From Bugula neritina (lineage: Eukaryota; Animalia; Bryozoa): DNA of 64,000 nt. The DNA is taken from assembly GCA_964035545.1 (NCBI GenBank), contig OZ037771.1, forward strand, positions 10,172,480 through 10,236,479, read 5' to 3'. The stretch's first letter is position 1. The number at the start of each line of letters is the position of its first letter. The position numbers and the translations under genes are program-made. Below the pieces are notes generated by a model, which was not told the origin of the DNA, searched no databases, and saw only the letters and a program-made list of their open reading frames with translations. This document shows, piece after piece, positions 51,201-64,000 of this stretch.

Positions 51201-54200
51201 CAACAGACTGGAATATACTGCAACACATCCAAGTACATCGTAATATACGGACATGTACTGTAACATACTGGAACATACTGAAACATACTGCAACATTCAG
51301 AAGTACACTGTAAAAAATTGAAATACAGTGCAACAAACTGCAACATACTGAAGTACACTGTACATATTGAAAAACACTGCAACACACTGAAATATACTGC
51401 AACACACTGAAATATACTGCAAAATACTGAATTACACTTCAACATACTGCAACATACTGAAAGACACTACAACTCACTGAAGTATAGTGCAATATACAGA
51501 GATGTACTCTAACATACTGATATTTATTGTTACACACTGAAATATACTACAACATACTGAAATACACTGCAACATACCGAAATAAGCTGCAACATAATGC
51601 AACATACTGAAATACACTGTAACATGATGTAGTACACTGCAACACATTGAAATATACTGCAACAAACTGAAATATACTGCAACATACTGAAATGTACTGC
51701 AACATACTGAAATACATTGCAACATATCGAAGTATATTGTAATAAACGGACATGTACTGTAACATACTGAAACACACTGAAACATACTGAAACATACTGA
51801 AACATACTGAACTACACTGCAACATACTGCAACATACTGAAGTACACTGTAACAAACTGAAATACACTGCAACACAATGGAATATACTGCAACATACCCT
51901 AATTTATTGTAATATGCTGAAATATACTGCAACATACCGCAACATACTGAAATACACTGTTACATACTAAAATACACTGCAACATACTAAAGTACACTGC
52001 AACATTCTGCAAAATTCTGCAACATACTTCAACATACTGAAATACACTGTAACATAATGAAATACACTGCAACACATTGAAGTATACTGCAACAAACTGA
52101 AATATAATGCAACATACTGAAGTATACTGCAACATACTGAAATACACTGCCACATATCCAAGTATATCGTAATATACAGACATGTACTGTAACATACTGA
52201 AACACACTGAAACATACTGAAACATACTGAGACATACTTCAACACACTGAAATATATTAAAACATACTGAAATATACTGCAACATCCTGCAACATACTGA
52301 AATACACTGTAACAAACTGAAATACACTGCAACACATTGGAATATACTGCAACATACCATAATATATGGGAATATACTGAAATATACTGCAACATCCTGC
52401 AACATACTGAAATACACTGTAACAAACTGAAATACACTGCAACACATTGAAATATACTGCAACAAACTGAAATATACTGCAACAAACTGAAATGTACTGC
52501 AACATACTGAAATATACTGCAACACATCCAAGTACATCGTAATATACGGACATGTACTGTAACATACTGAAACATACTGAAACATACTGAAACATACTGA
52601 AACATACTGAAACAAAATTAAATATGCTGTAACACACCTAATAATATTGCAAAATGCTGAAATATACTGTAACACAGTGAAGTATACTGCAAAATTCCGA
52701 AACATACTGTATCATACTGAAACATGAGCACGATATTGAAAAATGCCTCAACATATTCAAATATACTGCAAGATTCTGCAACATACGTAAATACTTTGTA
52801 ACATACTGAAATACACTGCAACATACTGCAACATACTGAAATACACTGTACATATTGAAAAACACTGCAACACACTGAAATATACTGCAACACACTGAAA
52901 TATACTGCATAATACTGAAAAAGACTACAACTCACTGAAGTATAGTGCAATATACAGAAATGTACTATAACATACTGATATTTACTGTAACACACTGAAA
53001 TATACTGCAACATACTGCAACATACTGAAGTGCACTGTAACATACGGTAACTTACTGAAATACACTGCAACAAACTGTAACATACTGAAACACACTGAAA
53101 CATACTGAAACATACTGAAACATACTGTAACATACTGAAACACACTGAAACATACTGAAATACACTGCAACATACTACAACATACTGAAATACACTGTAA
53201 CATACCGAAATAAGCTGCAACATACTGCAACATACTGATATACACTGTAACATGATGAAGTACACTGCAACACATTGAAATACACTGCAACAAACTGAAA
53301 TATACTGCAACATACTGAAATGTACTGCAACATACTGAAGTACATTGCAACATTTCGAAGTATATCGTAATAAACGGACATGTACTGTAACATACTGAAA
53401 CACACTGAAACATACTGAAACATACTGAAACATACTGAAACATACTGAAATACACTGCAACATACTGCAACATACTGAAACATACTGTAACATGATGAAA
53501 TACACTGCAACACATTGAAATATACTGCAACAAACTGAAATATACTGCAACATACTGAAACGTACTGCAACATACTGAAATTATTTGCAACATATCGAAG
53601 TATATCGTAATATACGGACATGTACTGTAACATACTGAAACACACTGAAACATCCTGAAACATACTGAAACATACTGAAACATACTGAGATACACTGCAA
53701 CATACTGCAACATACTGAAATACACTGTAACATGATGAAATACATTGCAACACATTGAAATATACTGCAACAAACTGAAATATACTGCAACATACTGAAA
53801 CGTGCTGCAACATACTGAAATACATTGCAATATATCGAAGTATATCGTAATATACGGACATGTACTGTAACATACTGAAACACACTGAAACATACTGAAA
53901 CATACAGAAATGTACTGAAATATACTGAAATACACTGTAACACATTGAAAAATACTGCAACATACTGAAAGACACTTCAACTCACTGAAGTATAGTGTAA
54001 TATACGGAAATGTACTGTAACATACTGATAATTACTGCAACACACTGAAATATACTGCAACATACTGAAATACACTGTAACATACCGCAGTAAACTGCAA
54101 CATAATGCAACATACTGAGTTACACTGTAACTGACTAAATTACACTGCAACATTCTGCAACATACTTCAACGTACTGAAATACACTGTAACATACTGAAA

Positions 54201-57200
54201 TACACTGCAACATACTGCAACATACTGAAGTACACTGTAAAATATTAAAATACACTGCAACACATTGGAATATACTGCAACACACTGAAATATACTGTAA
54301 CATACTGAAACATGAGCAATATACTGAAAGATACCTCAACATACTCAAATACACTGCAAGAAACTGCAACATACGTGAATACACTGTAACATACTGAAAT
54401 ACACTGAAACATACTGCAACATACTGAAGTACACTGTAAAATATTCAAATACACTGCAACACATTGAAATACACTGCAACACACTGAAATATACTGCAAC
54501 ATACTGAAATGTACTTCAACATAATGAAAAACACTGCAACATATCAAAGTATATCGTAATATACAGACATGTACTGTAACATACTGAAACATACTGAAAT
54601 ATACTGCAACATACCGCAACATACTGAAAAACACTGTAACAAACTGAAATACGCTGCAACACATTGGAATATACTGCAACATACTGGAATACACTGTTAC
54701 ATACTAAAATACACTGCAACATACTAAAATACACTGCAACATTCTGCAACATTTTGCAACATACTTCAACATACTGAAATACACTGTAACAAACTGAAAT
54801 ACGCTGCAACACATTGGAATATACTGCAACATACCCAAATAGATGGTAACATACTGAAATATACTGAAATACATTGTAACACCTTGAAAAATACTGCAAC
54901 ACACTGAAAGACACTACAACTCACTGAAGTATAGTGTAATATATGAAAATGTACTGTAACATACTGATATTTACTGCAACACACTGAAATATACTGCAAC
55001 GTACTGAAGTACACTGTTACATGCCAAAATAAACTGCAACATACTGCGACATACTGAATTACACTCTAACATACTCAAATACACTGCAACATTCTGCAAC
55101 ATATTGAAATATACTGCAACACACTGAAATATACTGCAACACATCCAAGTAGACTGTAATATACGGACATGTACTGTAACATACTGAAACATACTGAAAC
55201 ATACTGAAACAAAATGAAATATATTGTAACACTCTGAGTAATACTGCAAAATGCTGAAATATACTGTAGCACAGTGAAGTATACTGCAAAATTCTGAAAC
55301 ATACTGCAACATACTAAAACATGAGCAATATACTGAAAAATGCCTCAGCATACTCAAATATACTGCAAGATGCTGCAACATACGTAAATACACTGTAACA
55401 TACTGAAATACACTGCAACATACTGCAGCATACTGAAGTACACTGTAAAATATTGAAATACAGTGCAACACATTCGAATATACTGCAACACACTGAAATA
55501 TACTGCAACATACTGAAATATACTGCAACATACTGAAGTGCACTGTAACATACTGTAACTTACTGAAAAACACTGCAAAAAACTGTAACATACTGAAACA
55601 CAATGAAACATACTGAAACATACTGAAACATACTGTAACATACTGAAACACACTGAAACATACTGAAACATACTGAGACATACTGAAATACACTGCAACA
55701 TACTGAAACATACTGAGACATACTGAAATACACTGCAACATACTGAAACATACTGAAATATACTGAAATATACTGAAATACACTGTAGCACGTTGAAAAA
55801 TACTGCAACATACTGAAAGACACTTCAACTCACTGAAGTATAGTGTAATATACGGAAATGTACTGTAACATACCGATATTTACTGTAACACACTGAAATA
55901 TACTGCAACATACTGAAATACACTGTAACATACCGAAAAAACTTCAACATAATGCAACATACTGAATTACACTGTAGCATACTAAAATACACTGCAACAT
56001 TCTGCAACATACTTCAACGTACTGAAAGACACTGTAACATAATGAAATACATTGCAACACATTGAAATATACCGCAACAGACTGGAATATACTGCAACAC
56101 ATCCAAGTACATCGTAATATACGGACATGTACTGTAACATACTGGAACATACTGAAACATACTGCAACATTCAGAAGTACACTGTAAAAAAGTGAAATAC
56201 AGTGCAACAAACTGCAACATACTGAAGTACACTGTACATATTGAAAAACACTGCAACACACTGAAATATACTGCAACACACTGAAATATACTGCAAAATA
56301 CTGAATTACACTTCAACATACTGCAACATACTGAAAGACAGTACAACTCACTGAAGTATAGCGCAATATACAGAGATGTACTCTAACATACTGATATTTA
56401 TTGTTACACACTGAAATATACTACAACATACTGAAATACACTGCAACATACCGAAATAAGCTGCAACATACTGCAACATACTGAAATACACTGTAACATG
56501 ATGTAGTACACTGCAACACATTGAAATATACTGCAACAAACTGAAATATACTGCAACATACTGAAATGTACTGCAACATACTGAAATACATTGCAACATA
56601 TCGAAGTATATTGTAATAAACGGACATGTACTGTAACATACTGAAACACACTGAAACATACTGAAACATACTGAAACATACTGAACTACACTGCAACATA
56701 CTGCAACATACTGAAGTACACTGTAACAAACTGAAATACACTGCAACACAATGGAATATACTGCAACATACCCTAATTTATTGTAATATGCTGAAATATA
56801 CTGCAACATACCGCAACATACTGAAATACACTGTTACATACTAAAATACACTGCAACATACTAAAGTACACTGCAACATTCTGCAAAATTCTGCAACATA
56901 CTTCAACATACTGAAATACACTGTAACATAATGAAATACACTGCAACACATTGAAGTATACTGCAACAAACTGAAATATAATGCAACATACTGAAGTATA
57001 CTGCAACATACTGAAATACACTGCCACATATCCAAGTATTTCGTAATATACTGACATGTACTGTAACATACTGAAACACACTGAAACATACTGAAACATA
57101 CTGAGACATACTTCAACACACTGAAATATATTAAAACATACTGAAATATACTGCAACATCCTGCAACATACTGAAATACACTGTAACAAACTGAAATACA

Positions 57201-60000
57201 CTGCAACACATTGGAATATACTGCAACATACCATAATATATGGTAATATACTGAAATATACTGCAACATCCTGCAACATACTGAAATACACTGTAACAAA
57301 CTGAAATACACTGCAACACATTGAAATATACTGCAACAAACTGAAATATACTGCAACAAACTGAAATGTACTGCAACATACTGAAATATACTGCAACACA
57401 TCCAAGTACATCGTAATATACGGACATGTACTGTAACATACTGAAACATACTGAAACATACTGAAACATACTGAAACATACTGAAACAAAATTAAATATG
57501 CTGTAACACACCTAATAATATTGCAAAATGCTGAAATATACTGTAACACAGTGAAGTATACTGCAAAATTCCGAAACATTCTGTATCATACTGAAACATG
57601 AGCACGATATTGAAAAATGCCTCAACATATTCAAATATACTGCAAGATTCTGCAACATACGTAAATACTTTGTAACATACTGAAATACACTGCAACATAC
57701 TGCAACATACTGAAATACACTGTACATATTGAAAAACACTGCAACACACTGAAATATACTGCAACACACTGAAATATACTGCATAATACTGAAAAAGACT
57801 ACAACTCACTGAAGTATAGTGCAATATACAGAAATGTACTATAACATACTGATATTTACTGTAACACACTGAAATATACTGCAACAAACTGCAACATACT
57901 GAAATGCAGTGTAACATACGGTAACTTACTGAAATACACTGCAACAAACTGTAACATACTGAAACACACTGAAACATACTGAAACATACTGAAACATACT
58001 GTAACATACTGAAACACACTGAAACATACTGAAATACACTGCAACATACTACAACATACTGAAATACACTGTAACATACCGAAATAAGCTGCAACATACT
58101 GCAACATACTGATATACACTGTAACATGATGAAGTACACTGCAACACATTGAAATACACTGCAACAAACTGAAATATACTGCAACATACTGAAATGTACT
58201 GCAACATACTGAAGTGCATTGCAACATTTCGAAGTATATCGTAATAAACGGACATGTACTGTAACATACTGAAACACACTGAAACATACTGAAACATACT
58301 GAAACATACTGAAACATACTGAAATACACTGCAACATACTGCAACATACTGAAACATACTGTAACATGATGAAATACACTGCAACACATTGAAATATACT
58401 GCAACAAACTGAAATATACTGCAACATACTGAAACGTACTGCAACATACTGAAATTATTTGCAACATATCGAAGTATATCGTAATATACGGACATGTACT
58501 GTAACATACTGAAACACACTGAAACATCCTGAAACATACTGAAACATACTGAAACATACTGAAACATACTGAGATACACTGCAACATACTGCAACATACT
58601 GAAATACACTGTAACATGATGAAATACATTGCAACACATTGAAATATACTGCAACAAACTGAAATATACTGCAACATACTGAAACGTGCTGCAACATACT
58701 GAAATACATTGCAATATATCGAAGTATATCGTAATATACGGACATGTACTGTAACATACTGAAACACACTGAAACATACTGAAACATACAGAAATATACT
58801 GAAATATACTGAAATACACTGTAACACATTGAAAAATACTGCAACATACTGAAAGACACTTCAACTCACTGAAGTATAGTGTAATATACGGAAATGTACT
58901 GTAACATACTGATAATTACTGCAACACACTGAAATATACTGCAACATACTGAAATACACTGTAACATACCGAAGTAAACTGCAACATAATGCAACATACT
59001 GAATTACACTGTAACTTACTAAATTACACTGCAACATTCTGCAACATACTTCAACGTACTGAAATACACTGTAACATACTGAAATACACTGCAACATACT
59101 GCAACATACTGAAGTACACTGTAAAATATTAAAATACACTGCAACACATTGGAATATACTGCAACACACTGAAATATACTGTAACATACTGAAACATGAG
59201 CAATATACTGAAAGATGCCTCAACATACTCAAATACACTGCAAGAAACTGCAACATACGTGAATACACTGTAACATACTGAAATACACTGAAACATACTG
59301 CAACATACTGAAGTACACTGTAAAATATTCAAATACACTGCAACACATTGAAATACACTGCAACACACTGAAATATACTGCAACATACTGAAATGTACTT
59401 CCAACATAATGAAAAACACTGCAACATATCAAAGTATATCGTAATATACAGACATGTACTGTAACATACTGAAACATACTGAAATATACTGCAACATACC
59501 GCAACATACTGAAAAACACTGTAACAAACTGAAATACGCTGCAACACATTGGAATATACTGCAACATACTGGAATACACTGTTACATACTAAAATACACT
59601 GCAACATACTAAAATGCACTGCAACATTCTGCAACATTTTGCAACATACTTCAACATACTGAAATACACTGTAACAAACTGAAATACGCTGCAACACATT
59701 GGAATATACTGCAACATACCCAAATAGATGGTAACATACTGAAATATACTGAAATACATTGTAACACCTTGAAAATTACTGCAACACACTGAAAGACACT
59801 ACAACTCACTGAAGTATAGTGTAATATATGAAAATGTACTGTAACATACTGATATTTACTGCAACACACTGAAATATACTGCAACGTACTGAAATACACT
59901 GTTACATGCCAAAATAAACTGCAACATACTGCGACATACTGAATTACACTGTAACATACTCAAATACACTGCAACATTCTGCAACATATTGAAATATACT
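45238..60000 (+). repeat. ~4.9-kb higher-order repeat, about 3 copies (offsets 4944/4924/4914, then 4874/4884)
   Basis: ORF triplets 46146/51070/55944, 46975/51899/56773, 47694/52618/57492 and 49063/53977/58861. Private GAGCACGATATTG and CCTAATAATATTG variants. The third copy has a different ~0.6-kb segment at about 55090-55730. Confidence 0.88.
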
Positions 60001-63000
60001 GCAACACACTGAAATATACTGCAACACATCCAAGTAGACTGTAATATACGGACATGTACTGTAACATACTGAAACATACTGAAACATACTGAAACATACT
60101 GAAACAAAATGAAATATACTGTAACACTCTGAGTAATACTGCAAAATGCTGAAATATACTGTAGCACAGTGAAGTATACTGCAAAATTCTGAAACATACT
60201 GCAACATACTAAAACATGAGCAATATACTGAAAAATGCCTCAGCATACTCAAATATACTGCAAGATGCTGCAACATACGTAAATACACTGTAACAAACTG
60301 AAATACACTGCAACATACTGCAGCATACTGAAGTACACTGTAAAATATTGAAATACAGTGCAACACATTGGAATATACTGCAACACACTGAAATATACTG
60401 CAACATACTGAAATATACTGCAACATACTGCAACATACTGAAGTGCACTGTAACATACTGTAACTTACTGAAAAACACTGCAAAAAACTGTAACATACTG
60501 AAACACAATGAAACATACTGAAACATACTGAAACATACTGTAAGATACTGAAACACACTGAAACATACTGAGACATACTGAAATACACTGCAACATACTA
60601 CAACATACTGAAATACACTGTAACATACCGAAATAAGCCGCAACATACGGCAACATACTGAAATACACTGTAACATGATGAAGTACACTGCAACACATTG
60701 AAATACACTGCAACAAACTGAAATATACTGCAACATACTGAAATACATTGCAACATTTCGAAGTATATCGTGATAAACGGACATGTACTGTAACATACTG
60801 AAACACACTGAAACATACTGAAACATACTGAAACATACTGAAACATACTGAAATACACTGCAACATACTGCAACATACTGAAACATACTGTAACATGATG
60901 AAATACACTGCAACACATTGAAACATACTGCAACAAACTGAAATATACTGCAACATACTGAAACGTACTGCAACATACTGAAATTATTTGCAACATATCG
61001 AAGTATATCGTAATATACGGACATGTACTGTAACATACTGAAACACACTGAAACATCCTGAAACATACTGAAACGTACTGAAACATACTGAAACATACTG
61101 AGATACACTGTAACATACTGCAACATACTGAAATACACTGTAACATGTTGAAATACACTGCAACACATTGAAATATACTGCAACAAACTGAAATATACTG
61201 CAACATACTGAAACGTGCTGCAACATACTGAAATACATTGCAATATATCGAAGTATATCGTAATATGCGGACATGTACTGTAACATACTGAAACACACTG
61301 AAACATACTGAAATATACTGAAATATACTGAAATACACTGCAACACATTGAAATATACTGCAACACACTGGAATATACTGCAACACATCCAAGTACATCG
61401 TAATATACGGACATGTACTGTAACATACTGAAACATACTGAGACATACTGAAACAAAATGAAATATACTGTAACACACTTAATATTACTGCAAAATGCTG
61501 AAATATACTGTAACACAGTGAAGTATTCTGCAAAATTCTGCAACATACTGTAACATACTGAAACATGAGCAATATACTGCAAATGCCTCAACATATTCAA
61601 ATATACTGCAAGATACTGCAACATACGTAAATACACTATAACATACTGAAATACACTGCAACATACTGCAACATACAGAAGTACACTGTAAAATATTGAA
61701 ATACATTGCAATACATTGGAATATACTGCAACACACTGAAATATACTGCAACATACTGAAATATACTGCAACATACTGCAACATGCTGAAATACACTGTA
61801 ACATACTGTAACATACTGAAATACACTGCAACATATCAAAGTATATCGTAATATACGGACATGTACTGTAACATACTGAAACACATTGAAACATACTGAA
61901 ACATACTGAAACATACTGAAACATACTTCAACACACTGAAATATACTAAAACATACTGAAATATACTGCAACATACTGCAACATACTGCAACATACTGAA
62001 ATACACTGTAACAAACTGAAATACACTGCAACACAATGGAATATACTGCAACATACCCTAATTTATTGTGATATACTGAAATATACTGCAACATACCGCA
62101 ACATACTGAAATACACTGTAACAAACTGAAATACACTGCAACACATTGGTATATACTGCAACATACCCAAATATATGGTAATATACTGAAATATACTGAA
62201 ATACACTGTAACGCATTGAAAAATACTGCAACATACTGAAAGACACTACAACTCTCTGAAGTATAGTGTAATATACGAAAATGTACTGTAACATACTGAT
62301 ATTTACTGCAACACACTGAAATATACTGACATACTGAAATACACTGTTACATGCCAAAATAAACTGCAACATACTGCAACATACTGAAATACACTGTAAC
62401 ATACTCAAATACACTGCAACATTCTGCAACATATTGAAATATACTGCAACACACTGTAATATACTGCAACACATCCAAGTAGACTGTAATATACGGACAT
62501 GTACTGTAACATACTGAAACACATTGAAACATACTGAAACATACTGAAACATACTTCAACACACTGAAATATACTAAAACATATTGAAATATACTGCAAC
62601 ATACTGCAACATACTGAAATACACTGTAACAAACTGAAATACACTGCAACACAATGGAATATACTGCAACATACCCTAATTTATTATAATATACTGAAAT
62701 ATACTGCAACATACCGCAACATACTGAAATACACTGTAACAAACTGAAATACACTGCAACACATTGGTATATACTGCAACATACCCAAATATATGGTAAT
62801 ATACTGAAATATACTGGAAAACACTGTAACGCATTGAAAAATACTGCAACATACTGAAAGACACTACAACTCACTGAAGTATAGTGTAATATACGGAAAT
62901 GAACTGTAACATACCGATATTTACTGTAACACACTGAAATATACCGCAACATACTGAAATACACTATATCATACCAAAATAAACTGCAACATACCGCAAC

Positions 63001-64000
63001 ATACTGAAATACACTGTAACATACTAAAATACACTGCAAAATTCTGCAACATACTTCAACGTACTGAAATACACTGTAACATAACGAAATACACTGCAAC
63101 ACATTGAAATATACTGCAACACACTGAAATATACTGCAAAATACGGAAATGTACTTCAACATACTGAAAAACACTGCAACATATCGAAGAATATCGTAAT
63201 ATACGGACATGTACTGTAACATACTGAAACACACTGAAACACACTGAAACATACTGAAACATACTGAACTACACTGCAACATACTGCAACATACTGAAGT
63301 ACACTGTAACAAACTGAAATACACTGCAACACAATGGAATATACTGCAACATACCCTAATTTATTGTAATATGCTGAAATATACTGCAACATACCGCAAC
63401 ATACTGAAATACACTGTTACATACTAAAATACACTGCAACATACTAAAGTACATTGCAACATTCTGCAAAATTCTGCAACATACTTCAACATACTGAAAT
63501 ACACTGTAACATAATGAAATACACTGCAACACATTGAAGTATACTGCAACAAACTGAAATATACTGCAACATACTGAAGTATACTGCAACATACTGAAAT
63601 ACACTGCCACATATCCAAGTATATCGTAATAAACGGACATGTACTGTAACATACTGAAACACACTGAAACATACTGAAACATACTGAAACATACTGAAAC
63701 ATACTGAAATACACTGCAACATACTGCAACATACTGAAACATACTGTAACATGATGAAATACACTGCAACACATTGAAATATACTGCAACAAACTGAAAT
63801 ATACTGCAACATACTGAAACGTACTGCAACATACTGAAATTATTTGCAACATATCGAAGTATATCGTAATATACGGACATGTACTGTAACATACTGAAAC
63901 ACACTGAAACATCCTGAAACATACTGAAACATACTGAAACATACTGAAACATACTGAGATACACTGCAACATACTGCAACATACTGAAATACACTGTAAC

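Larger units (their letters stand above)
39420..63630 (+). repeat. ~18.6-18.7-kb super-repeat: about 39.4-44.9 kb recurs at about 58.0-63.6 kb
   Basis: ORF pairs 40284/58861 (18577), 41278/59856, 42807/61485 (18678), 43649/62347 and 44458/63156 (18698). The rare 8-bp monomer GACATACT occurs only at 43630 and 62328. Confidence 0.85.
1..64000 (+). repeat. 10-bp tandem satellite array (consensus G[ACT]AA[CT]A[TC]ACT), ~6,400 monomers, head-to-tail, continuing off both window ends
   Basis: Seen directly: every line parses into 10-mers with near-invariant AA and ACT|G positions (e.g. 81-120 GCAACATACT GCAACATACT GAAATACACC GTAACATGAT; 251-300 GAAACATACT x5). No unique insert or inversion was found. 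The + strand is A-rich and G-poor (about 4-5 A and 1 G per monomer). Confidence 0.98.

Noticed and set aside
22-63994. Hundreds of minus-strand ORFs (60-571 aa) as protein-coding genes
   Set aside because: They overlap in all three frames with the same low-complexity peptide, contain no recognisable domain, and their ends are set by recurring satellite variants. They are a direct consequence of the 10-bp repeat.
1-64000. Telomerase-synthesised telomeric repeat (minus strand is T/G-skewed)
   Set aside because: There are no G-runs, the monomers are highly heterogeneous, and variants are copied in kb-scale blocks, which indicates recombinational amplification. A subtelomeric location cannot be excluded.
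1-64000. Identity with the Drosophila 10-bp satellite AATAACATAG
   Set aside because: It shares only AACATA. The conserved ACTG core and complex higher-order structure differ, so I make no family assignment.
1-64000. Whole window as a sequencing or assembly artefact
   Set aside because: Consistent diagnostic variants, graded divergence between blocks and very few private indels fit a real array read at high accuracy. Individual two-copy blocks still need read-level confirmation.

Overview
The whole 64 kb is one uninterrupted, single-orientation tandem satellite array of about 6,400 copies of a degenerate 10-bp monomer (consensus G[A/C/T]AA[C/T]A[T/C]ACT; commonest variants GCAACATACT, GAAACATACT, GAAATATACT, GAAATACACT, GTAACATACT). 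I see no credible gene, RNA gene, transposon, CRISPR array or unique sequence. Every listed ORF is a minus-strand reading of the repeat (C/S/V/F/Q/Y/M low-complexity peptides in all three frames) and is treated as an artefact. The interest lies in the architecture. (1) There is a four-tier hierarchy: 10 bp, then ~240-bp subunits punctuated by a conserved, often CpG-bearing 30-bp cassette family, then near-identical higher-order blocks of 1.65-4.9 kb whose length changes along the array (1649/1689, 1650x3, 4536x2, 1718x2, 3566x2, 4726x2, ~4.9 kb x3), then an ~18.6-kb super-repeat. (2) The 10-bp register is broken only by a few recurrent ancestral indels, almost all deletions, including one compensating -1/+1 pair. 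(3) The start and the right half of the window share diagnostic variants absent from the middle, suggesting layered expansion. This looks like eukaryotic heterochromatic (centromeric, pericentromeric or subtelomeric) satellite DNA. I do not recognise the family or organism, and function cannot be shown from sequence alone.
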